52,591 bases of DNA from Chiloscyllium plagiosum (Eukaryota), in contig NC_057718.1 of the NCBI RefSeq assembly GCF_004010195.1, forward strand, positions 74,992,289-75,044,879, given 5' to 3'. The notes beneath the pieces are model-generated. The model was not told the DNA's origin, did no database searches, and saw nothing but the letters and a program-made list of their open reading frames with translations. This document shows, piece by piece, positions 48,641 through 52,591 of this stretch. Position 1 is the stretch's first letter, and each line of letters begins with the position of its first letter. Made by a program: the position numbers and the translations under genes.

Positions 48641-51600
48641 GATTTGATTTGGTTTGATTTGATTTATTTACTGTCACATGCACCTAAGTACAGTGAAAAG
48701 ATTTGTTTACGAGCAGTGCAGGCAGATCATAGAAAGCAAAGACATACAGATCATAGGGTGAAGAAAACCTTAGATGGAGGCATACACATTACATCATACT
48801 GGGAGAGTACTGGAGATCAACATAAGCAAGATCAGCATTATTTGGAGTTAGAGAGTACATTCATCAGTCAAATAATGGTAGGGAAGAAGCTGTTCTTGAA
48901 CTTTCTGGTGCGTGTGTTCATGCCTCTGTATCTCCTGCCCGATGGAAGAGGCTGTAGGAGAGCATTACTGAGGTAAGATGGGTCTTTGATGATGTTGGCA
49001 GCCTTTCTGCGGCAATTAACAGTGTAAATGGAGTCCATTGATGGAAGGTTGGCTTCCATGATGGGCTGGGCTGTGCACATATCTTCTGTAGTTGCTTATG
49101 GTCCGAGGTAGGGCACTTGCCATGAGACCATTTTGTACCCTGACAGTATGCTTTCAATGCTGCATGTGTAAAAGCTGGTGAGGGTCCTTATGGAGACGTC
49201 AAATATCCTGAGCTGCCTGAGGAAGAAGAGGTATTGCTGTGCCTTCTTGAACATCGCACCTATGTGAGAAGTCCAGGGCAGGTTGTCAGTTATTGTCTCT
49301 CTGAGGAACTTGATGCTCTCCATCCTCTCAATCTCAGCTCTGTTGATATAGATGGGGGCATGTTCTCCTCCTTTCTTTCTGAAGTCAATGATCAGTTTTT
49401 TAGTTTTGCCGACATTGAGAAAGAGGTTGTTATCATTGCATGACATCACCAAGCTCTCTTTGCCCTTTCTGTACTCTGACTCATTGTTATTAGATATCCA
49501 TTCTACCACAGTGCTGTTGTCAGCAAATTTGTAGATAGCGTTCATTCAGAATTTGGCAACAGAGTCTTGGGTGTACAGGGAGTACATAGGGGGTTGAGAA
49601 CACATCCTTGGAGGGCTCCAGTGTTGCGTGTTATTGTGGAGGAGGTGCAGTTATCTAACTTCACTGATTGTGGTCTGTGGGTCAGGAAGCTGAGGATCCA
49701 GTGCCAGAGGGCAGAGCCAAGCATAAGATCTCAAAGTTTTGAGATCAGTCTGGAGGGCTAATGGCGTTAAAGAGTGGAGCTGTAGTCAATGAGCAGGAAT
49801 CTGATATAGGTGTTCTTGTTCTCCTGATGTTTCAGAGCTGAGTGCAGGGCAAGGGATATGGCATCCACAGTGGAGCTGTCATGTCGGTAGGCAAATTGCA
49901 AGGGATTGAGGCATGCTGGGAAACTGGAGTTGATGTGGTCCATGACCAGCCTCTTGAAGCACTTCATGATTATGGAGGTCAGAGCCACTGGGCAGTAGTC
50001 CTTTGGTACATTCTTTGGTATGGGGATGATGGTGATCTTCTAAAAGCAGGTGAGGAGTTCAGATTGTAGGAGAGAAAGGTTAAAGATGTCGGTGAGTACC
50101 ACCTGTTGGTGCACGCAGGATCTAAATGCTCACTTGGGACTCCATTTGGGCCTGTTATAGAACATAGAACATAGAACATAGAACATAGAAGAATACAGCG
50201 CAGTACAGCCCCTTTGGCCCTCGATGTTTGTCCTATACCTACCTCCCCTTAATTTAAAGCTATGCCCCCTTGTAATAGCTGACTCCATACGTGGAAGAAG
50301 ATTCTCACTGTCGACCCTATCTAAACCCCTAATCATTTTGTACACCTCTATCAAGTCACCCCCAAACCTTGTTTTCTCCAATGAAAACAGCCCCAATTGC
50401 CTCAGCCTTTCCTCATACGATCTTCCTACCATACCAGGCAACATCCTGGTAAACCTCCTCTGCACCCGTTCCAGTGCCTCCACATCCTTCCTATAGTATG
50501 GGGACCAAAACTGCACACAATACTCCAGAGTCTTATATAAGTGCAACATTACCTCAGTACTCCGGAACTCAATTCCTCTACCAATAAAAGCCAGTACGCC
50601 ATATGCCTTCTTCACCGCACTATTTACCTGGGTGGAAACGTTCAAAGATTTGTGTACATGGACACCAAGATCTTTCTGCTCATCCACACTACCAAGTATC
50701 TGACCGTTAGCCCAGTACCTCATCTTATTATTACTCTGACCAAAATGAATCACCTCACACTTAGCTACATTGAACTCCATTTGCCACCTTTCTGCCCAGT
50801 TCTGCAGCTTATCAATATCCTGCTGTAACCTGCCACATCCTTCCTCACTGTCTACCACTCCTCCGACTTTCGTATCATCCGCAAACTTACTCACCCAACC
50901 TTCTAACCCCTCCTCCAGGTCATTTATAAAAATGACAAACAACAATGGTCCCAAAACAGATCCTTGCGGAACACCGCTAGTGACGGCACTCCAAGATGAA
51001 CCTTTGCCATCAACTACTACCCTCTGTCTTCTTCCAGCTAGCCAACTCCTAATCCAAACCTGTTGCGTTCTTTGAGTTGATTCTCAGGAAGACTGATCTA
51101 ACATTTGCAGTGTGACCGAGGGAACAAGTATGCCAGGGGCTGTTGGAGCAGGTGGCACCATGCTGTTGGCATTCTGCTTAAATCGAGCATTGAGCACATC
51201 AGGCAGGGATGTGTTTTTGTCTGCTATTTATGTTCTGCTTCATTTTGTATCCTGTAAAGTTGTTTAGGCTTTGCCACAGGTGGCAGGAGCATGTTTGTTA
51301 GGTATGAGCCTCTAGGTATGGTCCGGTACTGTCACTAGGCATCCCTGATAGCTTTGCAGAGGTCATAACTGGATTTCCTGTTTTGGTTTGAGTTGTGCAA
51401 CTTGAATGCTGCATGCCTGGTGTTCAGTATGGAGTTCCTGATTCATCCAAGGTTTCCATTTCGGGAACACTCAGATTTTTCTTCTTTGGTACGTGGTCCT
51501 CTACACACTTGCTAATGAAGTCCATGACAGTGGTGGCCTATTTGTCCAGGTTTTCCGATGAGTACTTGAACATGGTCCAGTCCACTGATTCCAAGCAGTC

Positions 51601-52410
51601 CCGGAGATGGTCTTCCACAACCTTAGACCAGCATTGTACTTCCTTTTGTGAAGCGTCCTCCTATTTCAGCTTCTGCTGTAAGCTGAGAGGAGGAACACAA
51701 TGCTGTGATCTGATTTTGTGTGGGCAGGGAATGGAATGGTTGGTGTCTTTGATGGTTGTGTGGCAGTGGTCCACAATGTTCAGTCCTCTGGTGTAATTCT
51801 ATGAGGTCCAGTCTGCTGACCTCATTATAGTCACTACATCTCTCCCCCTCTGAGTCGAAGGACATAGGCTGGTCAATTTACATGGAGAGTCTCTTGGGAC
51901 ATTCTGGTACAGGGTCAGATTCCTCTGACTTGGTGTCCAGCATGAGTAGTGTGTAACATACGGAAGCTCGCCTCTTGCTCCAGAAGGACCTCAGTAGAGT
52001 TTCACTCCCTTCATCAGCTGACAAAGGCATTGCAACAGCTACTTCCATCCTGTCAAGCTCTGATTTCTGTGGTTCTTACAACAAACTTCATCTCCTGTAT
52101 CAAACTGTTTCTCTTGCTTGGCAGAGTCTTGGGTCCACATTGGAGTTCCTGATGCCATTTCATCCTCTGTCCCAGGTCTGCAATGATCAGACTTAACCTG
52201 ATGCAGAATCTTCTACCCATTAGCAACTCTACCTGTGCTATTGCCGTAGTTGCATATAGGGTAGTCCTATAACCAAACAAGAACCATGACAGCTTGATGT
52301 CTCATGAGGCTATAGGCTGTTTCTTCAATCCAGCCTTCAAAGTTTAGATTGCCTTTCTGCCAGGCAATTGGATAATGGAGGTTATGGAGCTGTCCTTTTA
52401 TGTCGAATCC
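48641..52410 (-). mobile_element. Rex1/Babar-type LINE, degraded, interrupted by a CR1
   Basis: VALTSIIMKCFKRLV..LNPLQFAYR..DAISLALH..LLIDYSS, WILSFLTHRPQSV..TGALQGCVL, IYKFAD, (TCAAA)n tail. Continues beyond 51064; the 5' limit is approximate. Confidence 0.88.
50157..51058 (-). mobile_element. Young 5'-truncated CR1 with 6-bp TSD
   Basis: Open RT C-terminal frame ([19 protein letters not shown]..), (TTCTATG)n tail, CCTGTT at 50151-50156 and 51059-51064. Confidence 0.96.
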
Positions 52411-52412
52411 CA

Positions 52413-52591
52413 TTCAATGCAAGGAGTATCAGAAATAAGGTGGGTGAACTTAAGGCGTGGATCGGTACCTGGGACTACGATGTTGTGGCCATCACGGAAA
52501 CATGGATAGAAGAGGAACAGGAATGGTTGTTGGAGGTTCCTGGTTACAGATGTTTCAGTAAGATTAGGGAGGGTGGTAAAAAAGGAGGGGG
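52413..52591 (+). mobile_element. CR1 ORF2 endonuclease start, running off the window end
   Basis: FNARSIRNKVGELKAWIGTWDYDVVAITETW..GYRCFSKIREGGKKGG. Confidence 0.92.

Noticed and set aside
50130..50954. Intact reverse transcriptase gene
   Set aside because: It is a 5'-truncated CR1 lacking the N-terminal RT motifs and the endonuclease, and has internal deletions.

Overview
This is repeat-dense vertebrate DNA, almost certainly from a shark (cartilaginous fish), inferred from the HE1 V-SINEs and shark-type CR1 and Penelope families. I found no host protein-coding gene I can support. The ORFs I can assign are pieces of transposable elements or their antisense strands. The window holds many CR1 LINEs, two of which keep ORF1 (zinc finger plus SGNH esterase). 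It also holds about nine HE1 SINEs, a short tRNA-derived SINE family, a DeuSINE-like remnant, several Penelope-like elements (PLEs) with minimal hammerhead-ribozyme motifs, a Rex1/Babar LINE, Gypsy pol remnants and solo LTRs, and a hAT-Charlie transposase fossil. Three structures stand out. (1) A PLE insertion contains a perfect 156-bp inverted copy of its own flanking DNA plus a fold-back junction (9402-10012). (2) A tRNA-Gly(TCC), a spacer and an HE1 SINE appear to have been retroposed as one unit (10593-11059). (3) Two ~200-bp hairpin-shaped PLE mini-elements with hammerhead motifs are bounded by 14-15 bp target-site duplications (30203-30406 and 39943-40136). Family names come from motif recognition by eye, not database searches, and the boundaries of old elements are approximate.
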